This document shows, one piece after another, positions 40,319 through 49,717 of a stretch of 64,000 nucleotides of DNA. Under the pieces are notes generated by a model. The model was given only the letters and a program-made list of their open reading frames with translations, did no database searches and was not told where the DNA came from. Positions within the stretch are counted from its first letter, which is position 1, and the number at the start of each line of letters is the position of its first letter. The translations under genes were made by a program, and so were the position numbers. Where the stretch lies: contig OZ218962.1 in assembly GCA_965112735.1 (NCBI GenBank), forward strand, positions 2,914,001-2,978,000. The letters run 5' to 3'. This DNA comes from Phaeosaccion multiseriatum (lineage: Eukaryota > Protista > Ochrophyta, other classes).

Positions 40319-41461
40319 ATGGCACGTGCTCCCCCCATGCTGCCCACTCCGGCACCGCCACCCGCGGTGCAAGTAAAGGCCATTCGTGTCCTCGTCGTGA
40401 TCGCCCCTGCTTGCGGCCCCAGTGCTCTACCATCAAGGAGGGCAGTGGCGGGTGTGGGAGAGGCACTCGGACTTTGTGGAGCACGCATGGTGCCCGCTTC
40501 TACCCCCCTTGTGTTCGACGTTCGCCGGGGAGGGGGGAGCCCGGGTGATGGGCTAGGCACCACACTCAGGGCTCAGTACGATGTCGTGTTCATCGATACC
40601 TGGCACCATCACTGGCACCATCACTGGCAGAAGGGAGATGCAAGTCGTAGTTGCGCTGGACATGAGCAGGAGCAGCAGAGGGGGAAGACTGCTGGACCTT
40701 TCTCCTCCTCCTCCTCTTCGTCGTCGTCGACGTTGCCGTCGTCGTCGTCTGTCTGCTGGTGTTCGGAGCCCCAGCACACGAGTCCGTACTTTGTGGGCAA
40801 GGAGATGGCGCGGTTTCTGCGGCATAACAGAAACGACCAGGCCCACATCTATCTGCTAGTCCCCCCCCCATCTCCTTTCGCTGCTGCTGCTGCTGTTGCT
40901 GCTGCTCCCGATACCCAACACGAGCAAGACGCTGAGCTACGGAGCTGCGGGGTGAACGGGGTGGTGGTACAACGAGGCGACCATCTCGTCCCGGAGACCC
41001 TCGTGAAGCTGACCATGAGGATCCTCATGCTCTCCACTACGGGCGTGTCCGGGGGTCGGGGAAGGGTTGGAGGTGGTGCCAGAGGTGGTGAGACTCGAGA
41101 ATCAGAGTGGGCAGGAGGAGGAGTGGGGGGAGGAGAGGAGGCGTATGCCACCAGGAGCGGCTTCTCTTCCCCGCCCCCGTCCTCGTCCTCCCCCCCGCTA
41201 CTACCGCTGGAGTACTCCGTCCAGGGACGCAACACCACCACCACCACCACCATCAGCACCAGCAGCAGCATGGATGTCTTCGACTCGAGATCTGACACAC
41301 TTGACGGGGAGGCCCGGCCTCCACTCGCGAAAGCATGTAGGGCTCCGAGCTGGTGCCACAGCTCCCAGTCTATAGACCACCTCCTTCATCAGCCACACGA
41401 GGGGGGAGGCGGTGGGGAGGAAGAGGTAGGGCGGGGGGGACCATGGGAGGCCTGGGTGTGA
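40319..41461 (+). CDS. REC-like hypothetical protein, copy 2
   Basis: 380-aa ORF paralogous to 35686-36804; differs by two compensating indels at ~40600-40636. Confidence 0.6.
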   Translation: MARAPPMLPTPAPPPAVQVKAIRVLVVIAPACGPSALPSRRAVAGVGEALGLCGARMVPASTPLVFDVRRGGGSPGDGLGTTLRAQYDVVFIDTWHHHWHHHWQKGDASRSCAGHEQEQQRGKTAGPFSSSSSSSSSTLPSSSSVCWCSEPQHTSPYFVGKEMARFLRHNRNDQAHIYLLVPPPSPFAAAAAVAAAPDTQHEQDAELRSCGVNGVVVQRGDHLVPETLVKLTMRILMLSTTGVSGGRGRVGGGARGGETRESEWAGGGVGGGEEAYATRSGFSSPPPSSSSPPLLPLEYSVQGRNTTTTTTISTSSSMDVFDSRSDTLDGEARPPLAKACRAPSWCHSSQSIDHLLHQPHEGGGGGEEEVGRGGPWEAWV

Positions 41462-42178
41462 GGGTCCCGTGTGCGGAGGAGTGGTGGAAGGCACTTAATG
41501 GAGAGGAGGGAGGGGCGCGTCTGTGGAAGGAGGTGGCACGGACTCGCCCGCCCCTGTCTATGTCTGCAAGGTGTACCTGGAGAGGAGAGAGAGAGAGAGG
41601 GAGGAGAGGGAGAGACAAAAGAGGGAGGGAGAGAAGCCTATACATAGTTTTGTTACAGAGAGAGGGATCGGAAAGGGAGAGGACGACACAGAAAGTGTGG
41701 TAAATACATAAAAGGCGCGGGGTGGCACAGGAGCGCGAGCACGAGCACGAAAGAAAGAGAGAAAGAAGGAGGAGAGGCTTAGCTGCGCTTCGTCCTCTTC
41801 GAAAACAAACGTAACTGTGATTACGAGAACAAACATAACGATGTATGTATACCCTAAAGAGGGCCCAGGAGCTCCTGCTCTTCCCACTGCACAACCGACC
41901 CAGCCGCTCTTCCTCTGCCGTTTCCCATTTTCGCCATCGTAGTTTTATACATCTTTTATGCACGTATAAATATAGCTTCCCCCGCTACTCCCCCCCGCTC
42001 CTCCCCGCAGCTCCTCTCTGCACTGAAAGACGGACAGGTGACAAGTGACTCCCTTGTTGGCTACGCTGCTCGCTCCCCCTCGGTTGCCGCACCTCCTGCT
42101 GAGACCTCCCCCCTCTTGAGGCAGGGCCTACGAGAGCTGTGCTGTGCTGTGCGTTGTCGTCCTGTCCCATCGCCTTCC

Positions 42179-44503
42179 TCAGCAGCGGGTCACCTTAAGC
42201 CCCTCGGGTAGATCTGCAGGCAGCTGGTATTCCTCCCCAACCGTAAGAATCCTGAGGCTAGCAGGCAGGCTCTCCAGAGGGCAGGTGTACTCCGGTCTCA
42301 GTCTGAGCCCCCGGAGAGAAGCAGGCAGCTTCAGAGGGTGGTTAAAGCACTTCCCCATCGCCACATGCTCCACACCGCAAGGAAGGACCAAGTGCTGATT
42401 GAACTGTGAGGCCTCATGAAATGCGATCTTCTTGAGCGAGAGAGGCAGCTCCAGAGGGAGGTTAAAGTCAGGACCCATCACCACCTCCTCCACACCGCAA
42501 GGAAGGTCCAGCTGCTGATTGAACTTAGCATACCCCCTGCCGAATCTGATCTTCTTCAAAGAGGCAGGGAGGTCCAGAGGGAGGTTAAAGTCAGGCCCCA
42601 TCCAAACCTCCTCCACACCGCAAGGAAGGACCAAGTGCTGATTGAACTTCGAATCGGGGTCAAATGTGATCTTCTTGAGCGAGGCAGGCAGCTCCAGAGG
42701 GAGGTTGAAGTACCGCCCCATCCAAACCTGCTCCACACCGCAAGGAAGGATCAGGGGCTGATTGTACTTCGAGCTCCCATCAAATATGATCCTCTTGACT
42801 GAAGCAGGCAGCTCCAGAGGGAGGTTAAAGTGCTGCCCCATCTCCACCTCCTCCACACCACAAGGAAGGATCAGGGGCTGATTGTACTTCGATTCCACAG
42901 CAAATTTGATCTTCTGGAGCGAGGCAGGCAGCTTCAGAGGGAGATTAAAGTCACGCCCCACTATCACCTCCTCCGCGCCACAAGGAAGGAGCAGCTGCTG
43001 ATTGAACTTCTGGCCCAGTCTGATCTTCTGGAGCGAGGCAGGCAGCTCTAGAGGGTGGTTAAAGCACTTCCCCATCTGCAGCTCCTCCACACCACAAGGA
43101 ATGTCCAACTGCTGATTGAACTCCGATTCCATATCAAATGCGATCTTCTTGAGCGAGGCAGGGAGGTCCAGAGGGAGGTTAAAGTGCTTCCCCATCTGCA
43201 GCTCCTCCACACCACAAGGAAGGTCCAAGTGATGATTGAACTGTGAGCCCTTATCAAATCTGATCTTCTTCAACGAGGCAGGCAGCTCCAGAGGGAGATT
43301 AAAGTACTCCCCCATGTCCACCTCCTCCACACCACAAGGAAGGTCCACGTGCTGATTGAAGTGATTCCCAAATATGATCTTCTTGAGCGAGGCAGGCAGG
43401 TCCAGAGGGCGGTTAAAGCGCCACCCCATGTCCACGTCCTCCACACCAAAAGGAAGGTCCAAGTGCTGATTGAAGAGTGAGTCATACCCAAATCTGATCT
43501 TCTTGAGCGAGGCAGGCAGCTCCAGAGGGAGGTTAAACCCACACCCCATGTCCACCTCCTCCACACCACAAGGAAGGTCAATGTGCTGATTGAACGTAGA
43601 GGTGAAGCCAAATCTGATCTTCTTGAGCGAGGCAGGCAGCTCCAGAGGGAGGTTGAAGCCATTCCCCATCCCCACCTCCTCCACACCGCAAGGGAGGATC
43701 AGGGGCTGCTTGAACTTCGAGCTCCCAACAAATATGATCCTCTTCACTGAAGCAGGCAGCTCCAGAGGGAGGTTAAAGTCACCCCCCACTATCACCTCCT
43801 CCACGCCACAAGGAAGGAGCAGCTGCTGATTGAACTTCTGGCCCAGTCTGATCTTCTGGAGCGAGGCAGGCAGGTCCAGGGGGGAGTCAAAGTGACACCC
43901 CATCTCCACCTCCTCGACTGTGCTTGGTACCGACACGGCTTGATTGAAACTGTCGGAGAAAATAAGGCGCTTCACCGATGCTGGCAGCAGCGCCAATGCT
44001 TTTCTAGCGAGAGCCTTGTCCTCAGCGGTGTTAGGAGTCGTACTTTCGATAAACGCCGTTGTCACGTCAAAGTAGGGGGCGACGGTACGGCCGAGCTTCA
44101 CAGCCGCGACGCGAAAGAAACCACTGCCCGCTTCGACTGCCTGCTCTTCGTCTTCCTCCTCTTGCCTCTCCTGGATCATTCCCGACTTCCCCACCTCTTC
44201 AGCAGGCTCAGTACCCGCCGGCTCTACGGAGAATGATAAAGCAACCTTCCTCGAGTCCTCTTCCTTCTGGTTCTTCAGCAAGCTTAGCATACGACGCTGT
44301 ACACACTCGGGCATGTCGGTATTGATCACCAGAGTGCGGGAGGTGGCCTCATCGAGCTCCTTGCACACTCCCCACAGAGCTTTGCTAGGGAAGAGGCACG
44401 CCACACTTCTCAGAGCCGCTGGCCCCGCGCTGCTCCAAGGTACTAAGCTCATTAAGCCCTTGGAGGCTCCTCCTCCCCCCCCGCCTCTCCCTGCTCGCTC
44501 CAT
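42179..44503 (-). CDS. FNIP-repeat protein F2 (774 aa from the native ATG): 13 A/B pairs plus terminal A unit and C-cap
   Basis: Intronless ORF; ATG at 44503 aligns with the F1 start (MERA..GGG); the upstream in-frame ATG at 44578 lies in the retroelement tail. Confidence 0.92.
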   Translation of the reverse strand: MERAGRGGGGGGASKGLMSLVPWSSAGPAALRSVACLFPSKALWGVCKELDEATSRTLVINTDMPECVQRRMLSLLKNQKEEDSRKVALSFSVEPAGTEPAEEVGKSGMIQERQEEEDEEQAVEAGSGFFRVAAVKLGRTVAPYFDVTTAFIESTTPNTAEDKALARKALALLPASVKRLIFSDSFNQAVSVPSTVEEVEMGCHFDSPLDLPASLQKIRLGQKFNQQLLLPCGVEEVIVGGDFNLPLELPASVKRIIFVGSSKFKQPLILPCGVEEVGMGNGFNLPLELPASLKKIRFGFTSTFNQHIDLPCGVEEVDMGCGFNLPLELPASLKKIRFGYDSLFNQHLDLPFGVEDVDMGWRFNRPLDLPASLKKIIFGNHFNQHVDLPCGVEEVDMGEYFNLPLELPASLKKIRFDKGSQFNHHLDLPCGVEELQMGKHFNLPLDLPASLKKIAFDMESEFNQQLDIPCGVEELQMGKCFNHPLELPASLQKIRLGQKFNQQLLLPCGAEEVIVGRDFNLPLKLPASLQKIKFAVESKYNQPLILPCGVEEVEMGQHFNLPLELPASVKRIIFDGSSKYNQPLILPCGVEQVWMGRYFNLPLELPASLKKITFDPDSKFNQHLVLPCGVEEVWMGPDFNLPLDLPASLKKIRFGRGYAKFNQQLDLPCGVEEVVMGPDFNLPLELPLSLKKIAFHEASQFNQHLVLPCGVEHVAMGKCFNHPLKLPASLRGLRLRPEYTCPLESLPASLRILTVGEEYQLPADLPEGLKVTRC

Positions 44504-44543
44504 AACGGCTTGTTCTTTGTCTTTTGGTTTGGTTGAAGGAACG

Positions 44544-45106
44544 GCTTTTGGTAACTTTATTACACCCTTAAGTGCCATCTATGGTTGAAATATATATTAC
44601 ACCCTTAAGTGCCATCTATGGTTGTCTAAAAGTAATGTCTCACCGCCCCGGGGAACTTAGCCCTCGAGGTCGTGTCCCTCTGACTCATCAGTTCTTCCCA
44701 TTGGAACAAAGTTGATACCAGCCAGGATCCTGTGGCGAACCGATCGTTCGTGTCGGGCCCGCTGGAGCGCTACGGCTAATCGTCGCCGAATGACGCAAAC
44801 AGCCCTCGCATAAGCCCTCGTGTCAAGATGTTCGTGCCCCCCAGCCATGTGGGTGGCGAGTGTTTTAAAAAACATCTGTGCTGACGGGCCAAATGCACCT
44901 TGCTGTTCTATTGCAAAAGGGACAAGGTGGTACCGCGTGGGGTCATAGTGGATGTCCCCACCCTGGCCTTCCATGCCTACCTGTGGCACCCCATACCTGG
45001 TCCGCTTGGTCGCTTCAGCCTTCTTGGCTGCCGCGAGTGCCTCCTTCGATGCCTTGGCCCGGTTGGTGGTGTTGGTGGCATCTGTGAGCGTGACGTCGAT
45101 CATGAA
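44544..45106 (-). mobile_element. 5'-truncated non-LTR retrotransposon (restriction-like endonuclease type, CRE/HERO-like): C-terminal endonuclease fragment plus 3' UTR (element A)
   Basis: ORF 45103-44657 IDVT...AAAKKAEATKRTRY...LVPFAIEQQGAFGPSAQMFFKTLA...RRRLAVALQR matches the C-terminal REL-endonuclease signature; duplicated 30-bp tail at 44558-44624; flanked by copies of TGGTTGAAGGAA. Confidence 0.82.
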
Positions 45107-45118
45107 TGGTTGAAGGAA

Positions 45119-45166
45119 AAAACTTTATTGACTTAATAGGAATCACCTAAGAAACTGAAAGTGTGA

Positions 45167-45200
<34 letters not shown>

Positions 45201-45327
45201 GTGTCGCTGTGTCTCCGGGGCCCTCGAGGGGCCGGTTACTCCCCCTCTAGGGCGGGGAGGGGGAGTGCGGGACCGGCTCCGCGGTTGAGCCGACCCAGGA
45301 AGGCGCGCTCCCGCTCCGAGAGCCACA
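45119..45327 (-). mobile_element. Second short insert (element B), probably the 3' end of a related retroelement
   Basis: Bounded by TGGTTGAAGGAA (45107-45118 and 45328-45339); minus strand reads WLSERERAFLGRL...LEGE-stop, then (CA)n and AATAAAGTT, like the end of element A. Confidence 0.55.
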
Positions 45328-45457
45328 TGGTTGAAGGAACGAAAATTCTGTGATTGCGGCGACGATCTCGTGGGTCGTTGGTGCTCCGCCTTCCTCAAAG
45401 CCTATCAACGACCACTATCAACGACCACGAGAAAGAAAAAAACAGACATAGGAGGGG

Positions 45458-47104
45458 ATGACGGACAATGGTTCGAAGGTGGCCACGGTGGCCTTAAGAA
45501 CGGTGGCGTGGCTCTTCCCCAGCAAAGCTCTGTGGGGAGTGTGCAAGGAGGTGGATGAGGCCACCTCCCGCACTTTAGTGATCAACGCCGCCATGCCAGA
45601 AGATGTCCAGCAACGCGTGCTGGGTATGTTGGAGCAGCAGAAGAATGACGAGGAGGAGGGAAACGCGACATCGCCCTGTTCAAGTGATATCAATGAGGGA
45701 AGAGATGATGGGGGGAGCGTCCGACCGTCCGGGGGGAAGAAGGCGAAGGGGCAACGGAAGAAGGAAGAGGAGGAAGTAGTGGGTGTTTCGTCCTCTTCAA
45801 TTGCTACGACGAGGGACGGAAGCAGTGCCGGGGGGAGCGGGGGGAAGAAGGCGAAGATGCAGCGGAAGGAGGAAGAGGAGGAACCGTTGTCCTCTTTCGA
45901 TGATGCGACGACTGAGGGAGGCAGTTCTGGGGGAGGTGTCCGACTGTCATTGGAGATGAACAAGGCGAAGAGGCAGCGAAGGGAAGCTCAAAGAATGTCA
46001 TTTCGTGTCGCGGCTGTGGAGCTTGGCCTCAGGAGCATACCAAAGTCTTTAGGGCGCGAAGCCAACGTTTCTGCTGATGAGGCTCTCATTGCCAAGGTTT
46101 TGACGCTGTTGCCACGATCATTGAAGCGGGTCCGCTTCTTCGACTCTTTGGACCAGGACTTCGGCCAGGCCCACCTGTGTCTACCGAGCACAGTGGAGGA
46201 GTTGCAGTTTGGTCCTCAATTCAACAAGCCGGTGCAGGTACCTGCCTCGCTCAAGAAGATCACATTTGGCAAGACTTTCAATCAGCACGTGGTCCTTCCT
46301 AGTGGTGTGGAGGAGGTGGAGATGGGGCATGAGTTTGACCTCCCTCTGGACCTGCCTGCTTCGCTGAAGAAGATCACATTTGGGGAGAGCTTTACTCAGC
46401 ACGCGGTCCTTCCCTGCAGTGTGGAGGAGGTGGAGATGGGCAGGGCCTTTAACCGGTCCCTAGTCCTGCCTGCCTCGCTCAAGAAGATCTCGTTTCACTG
46501 GAAATCGAACTTCAATCAGCAGCTGGTCCTTCCTTGTGGCGTGGAGGAGGTGCACATGGGAGGTGACTTTGACCTCCCTCTGGACCTGCCTGCCTCACTG
46601 AAGAAGATCAAGTTTCGCAAGCTCTTCAATCAGCACGTGGTCCTTCCTAGTGGTGTGGAGGAGGTGGTGATGGGGCTTGAGTTTAACCTCCCTCTGGAGC
46701 TGCCTGCCTCGCTAAAGAAGATGATATTTGGCAGTCGCTTCAATCAGCACGTGGTCCTTCCTAGTGGTGTGGAGGAGGTGGAGATGGGGCGTGACTTTAA
46801 CCTCCCATTGGACCTGCCTGCCTCGCTCAAGAAGATCAGACTTGGCAGAAAGTTTAATCAGCACGTGGTCCTTCCTGGGGGTGTGGAGGAGGTGGTGATG
46901 GGGCGTGACTTTAACCTCCCTCTTGACCTCCCTGTCTCGCTCAAGAAGGTCAGATTTGGCAAATGCTTCAATCAGCCCTTGGTCCTTCCTGACGGTGTGG
47001 AGGAGGTGGAGATGGGTGAGGGCTTTGACCTGCCTCTTGACATGCCTGCCTCCTTGAAGAAGATCAGATTTGGCAGACACTTCAATCACACGTGGCGCAG
47101 ATAG
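45458..47104 (+). CDS. FNIP-repeat protein F3 (548 aa, 8 A/B pairs); C-terminally truncated, possible pseudogene
   Basis: ORF stops at 47104 after a disrupted repeat; frameshifted repeat remnants continue to ~47272; the YTCPLESLP C-cap of the siblings is missing. Confidence 0.8.
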   Translation: MTDNGSKVATVALRTVAWLFPSKALWGVCKEVDEATSRTLVINAAMPEDVQQRVLGMLEQQKNDEEEGNATSPCSSDINEGRDDGGSVRPSGGKKAKGQRKKEEEEVVGVSSSSIATTRDGSSAGGSGGKKAKMQRKEEEEEPLSSFDDATTEGGSSGGGVRLSLEMNKAKRQRREAQRMSFRVAAVELGLRSIPKSLGREANVSADEALIAKVLTLLPRSLKRVRFFDSLDQDFGQAHLCLPSTVEELQFGPQFNKPVQVPASLKKITFGKTFNQHVVLPSGVEEVEMGHEFDLPLDLPASLKKITFGESFTQHAVLPCSVEEVEMGRAFNRSLVLPASLKKISFHWKSNFNQQLVLPCGVEEVHMGGDFDLPLDLPASLKKIKFRKLFNQHVVLPSGVEEVVMGLEFNLPLELPASLKKMIFGSRFNQHVVLPSGVEEVEMGRDFNLPLDLPASLKKIRLGRKFNQHVVLPGGVEEVVMGRDFNLPLDLPVSLKKVRFGKCFNQPLVLPDGVEEVEMGEGFDLPLDMPASLKKIRFGRHFNHTWRR

Positions 47105-47918
47105 GATATTCATTCACCCTCCCCATGGACCTGCCTTGTGGTGTGGAGGAGGTGGTGATGGGCCACGCCATTAACCTCCCTCTGGATCTGCCTGCCGCTC
47201 AGGAAGGTCAAATTTGATGGGTGGTCGAAGTTCAGTCAGCACGTGGTCCTCCTTGCGGTGTGGAGGAGGTTGTATATATAACGGAACACCACTCAAAAGG
47301 CACCTTCTGGACCGGCCTACCCCTGCGAAACGGCTCCTTCAATTGAGGACCGAGCCCTGGAGGGAAATCACGATTGCTCCGACTACTGTAGCAAAGGGTG
47401 ACTCAGGGGGAAGGAGGGGATATCAATTTTTCCAAAATAAAGGTAGCATCGCTTTTATCTTGCGTTGTGCTTTCTTGGTGTCCTTTGTCCTGCACATCTC
47501 CCCACCGCACACCCCTTCCACTCTTCCTACCGCACAACCACCCCAGCTCTCCCCCTGACTGCTTCCCCTGTAGCTGCAACTGTGGAGTATGTTTGTTCGC
47601 ACTTCCCCCCGCCTCCCCGTTGCTTCACTCTGCATCGCCTCCTGCTGCTGCTGCAGAGGGCCGGGCAGCTGACTTTCTTGTTGGCTACGCTCCCTCTCCC
47701 CCTCACGCTGCTGCACATCTTGCTGTGACCTCCCTCAGCTCCGTTGAGCACCGCCTGCCTGCCCTCGTGCCTGGAGACAAGGGTGGGGCTCTTCCACAGA
47801 AAGGGTCTGGCTTGTCAATCCCAAAGCCCCCTTTCCCCCTCGACAATAGCACGACAATAGGAGCCATCCTCCTCTTCCTCCCACCGCCCCATCGTCCCCA
47901 GTAGCGTCGTGCAATCCG

Positions 47919-49584
47919 TCAGTAGCGAACCATCTTCAGCCCCTCGGGTACATCTGCCGGCAGGGGACACCTCGTGCTAGCCTCGAGCTTCCTCAGTCCA
48001 GCAGGCAGGCTTTCCAAGGGGCAGGTGTACAGCGCTGACAGCACCAGAGTCCGCAGCGAGGCAGGCAGCTCCAGAGGGAGGTTGAAGTTACGCCCCATCT
48101 CCACCTCCTCCACGCCACAAGGAAGGACCAACGGCTTATTGAACCTGGAGAACTGCTCAAACGTGATTTTCTTCAGAGAGACAGGGAGGTCCAGAGGGAG
48201 GTTAAAGTCATGCCCCATCACCACCTCCTCCACACCACAAGGAAGGTCCAAGTGCTGATTGAACTGTGAGCTCCTGCCAAATGTGATCTTCTTCAGTGAG
48301 GCAGGCAAGTCCAGAGGGTGGTTAAAGCTATCCGCCATCACCACCTCCTCCACGCCGCAAGGAAGGATCAGGGGCTGATTAAACATCGAGCTCCCATCAA
48401 ATCTGATCTTCTTGAGCGAGGCAGGTAATTTCAGGGGGAGGTTAAAGTTCCACCCCATCTCCACCTCCTCCACACCACAGGGAAGAACCAAGTGCTGTTT
48501 GAAGTGCTGGCCAAATCTGACTTTCTTCAGCGAGGCAGGCAGGTCCAGTGGGAGGTTAAAGTCACGCCCCATCTCCACCTCCTCCACACCACAAGGAAGG
48601 TCCACTTGTTGATTAAACCTCGGGCCAAATTTGATCTTCTTGAGCGAGGCAGGCAGGTCCAGAGGGAGGTTAAAGGCACGCCCCATCTCCACCTCCTCCA
48701 CACCGCAAGGAAGAACCACGTGCTGATTGAAGAGATTCCCAAACTTGATCTTCTTCAAAGAGGCAGGCAGCTCCAGTGGGAGGTTAAACTCACGCCCCAT
48801 CACCACCTCCTCCACACCACAAGGAAGGGCCGCGTGCTGATTGAAGAGATTCCCAAACTTGATCTTCTTCAAAGAGGCAGGCAGCTCCAGAAGGAGGTTA
48901 TAGTCACGCCCCATCACCACCTCCTTCACACCACAAGGAAGGTCCACATGTTGATTGAAGAAATTCCCAAACTTGATCTTCTTCAGAGAGGCAGAGGTTG
49001 AACATATTCCCCATCACCACCTCCTCCACACCACAAGGAAGGGTCACGTGCTCCTCGAGCTGAGATCTCCAGCCAAACCGGATCTTCTTCAGGGAGCTAG
49101 GAAGGACCAGAGGACTGCTAAACGCATCCCCCGTCTCCAGCTCCTCGACTGTGCTTGGTAGACACACGCCGGTTTGATTGAAAAAGGGGGAGAAAGACAC
49201 CCGCTTCACCGAAGGCGGTAAAAGCGCGAGCACCTTTGCAACAAGGGCCTCATCTGCACACACCATGGCCTCATCCTCCGCATCTTGCCTAGTCCTGAGG
49301 CCAAGCTCCACCGCCGCCACGCGAAAGAAGCTTCTGCAATAATCGCCTCCCTCCTGTTCCTTCTCCTTCTCCTCAGTAGCATCCGAAGGTGGAGGGGGAA
49401 ATGCAGCGCTTCTCTCATCCTTTCCCTGTTGTCGCTCCAGCATACGCAGGATGCGGTGCTGGACATCGTCGGGCATGCTGGTGCTGATTATCAAAGTGCG
49501 GGAGGTGACCTCATCCACCTCCTTGCACACTCCCCACAGAGCTTTATCGGGAAAGAAGACTGCCACAGTTCGAAGAGCCGCGGG
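47919..49584 (-). pseudogene. FNIP-repeat pseudogene F4 (9 A/B pairs plus cap)
   Basis: 14-bp deletion at ~48994 (FNL-CLS instead of FNLPLDLPAS) shifts the frame; the segment upstream of AALRTVA is deleted relative to F1/F6, so there is no native start; 3' ORF 47919-48947 is intact. Confidence 0.85.
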
Positions 49585-49648
49585 TAAAAGTAATGATCTG
49601 TGAGTGCGGCGACGATCTCGTGGGTAGTTGGTGCACCACATTCCCTGC

Positions 49649-49667
49649 TTAAGGGTGTAATATATAT
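49649..49667 (+). mobile_element. 19-nt retroelement-tail insertion with an 11-bp target-site duplication
   Basis: ACATTCCCTGC-[TTAAGGGTGTAATATATAT]-ACATTCCCTGC; the paralogous site at 54184-54194 has one ACATTCCCTGC; the insert is the reverse complement of 44590-44608. Confidence 0.8.
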
Positions 49668-49717
49668 ACATTCCCTGCCGCCGAGGAGCCGGGCGGCAAC
49701 GACAATCAAAGGAGAGA

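Larger units (their letters stand above)
35690..44503. repeat. Tandem segmental duplication 1: unit = REC-like gene plus convergent FNIP gene (35690-39803 vs 40317-44503)
   Basis: REC-like ORF, intergenic DNA and the FNIP N- and C-terminal parts align closely between the copies. Confidence 0.9.

Noticed and set aside
44504-44578. MALKGVIK... as the native N-terminus of F2
   Set aside because: The ATG lies in the retroelement tail; paralogue F1 starts at the position equivalent to 44503.
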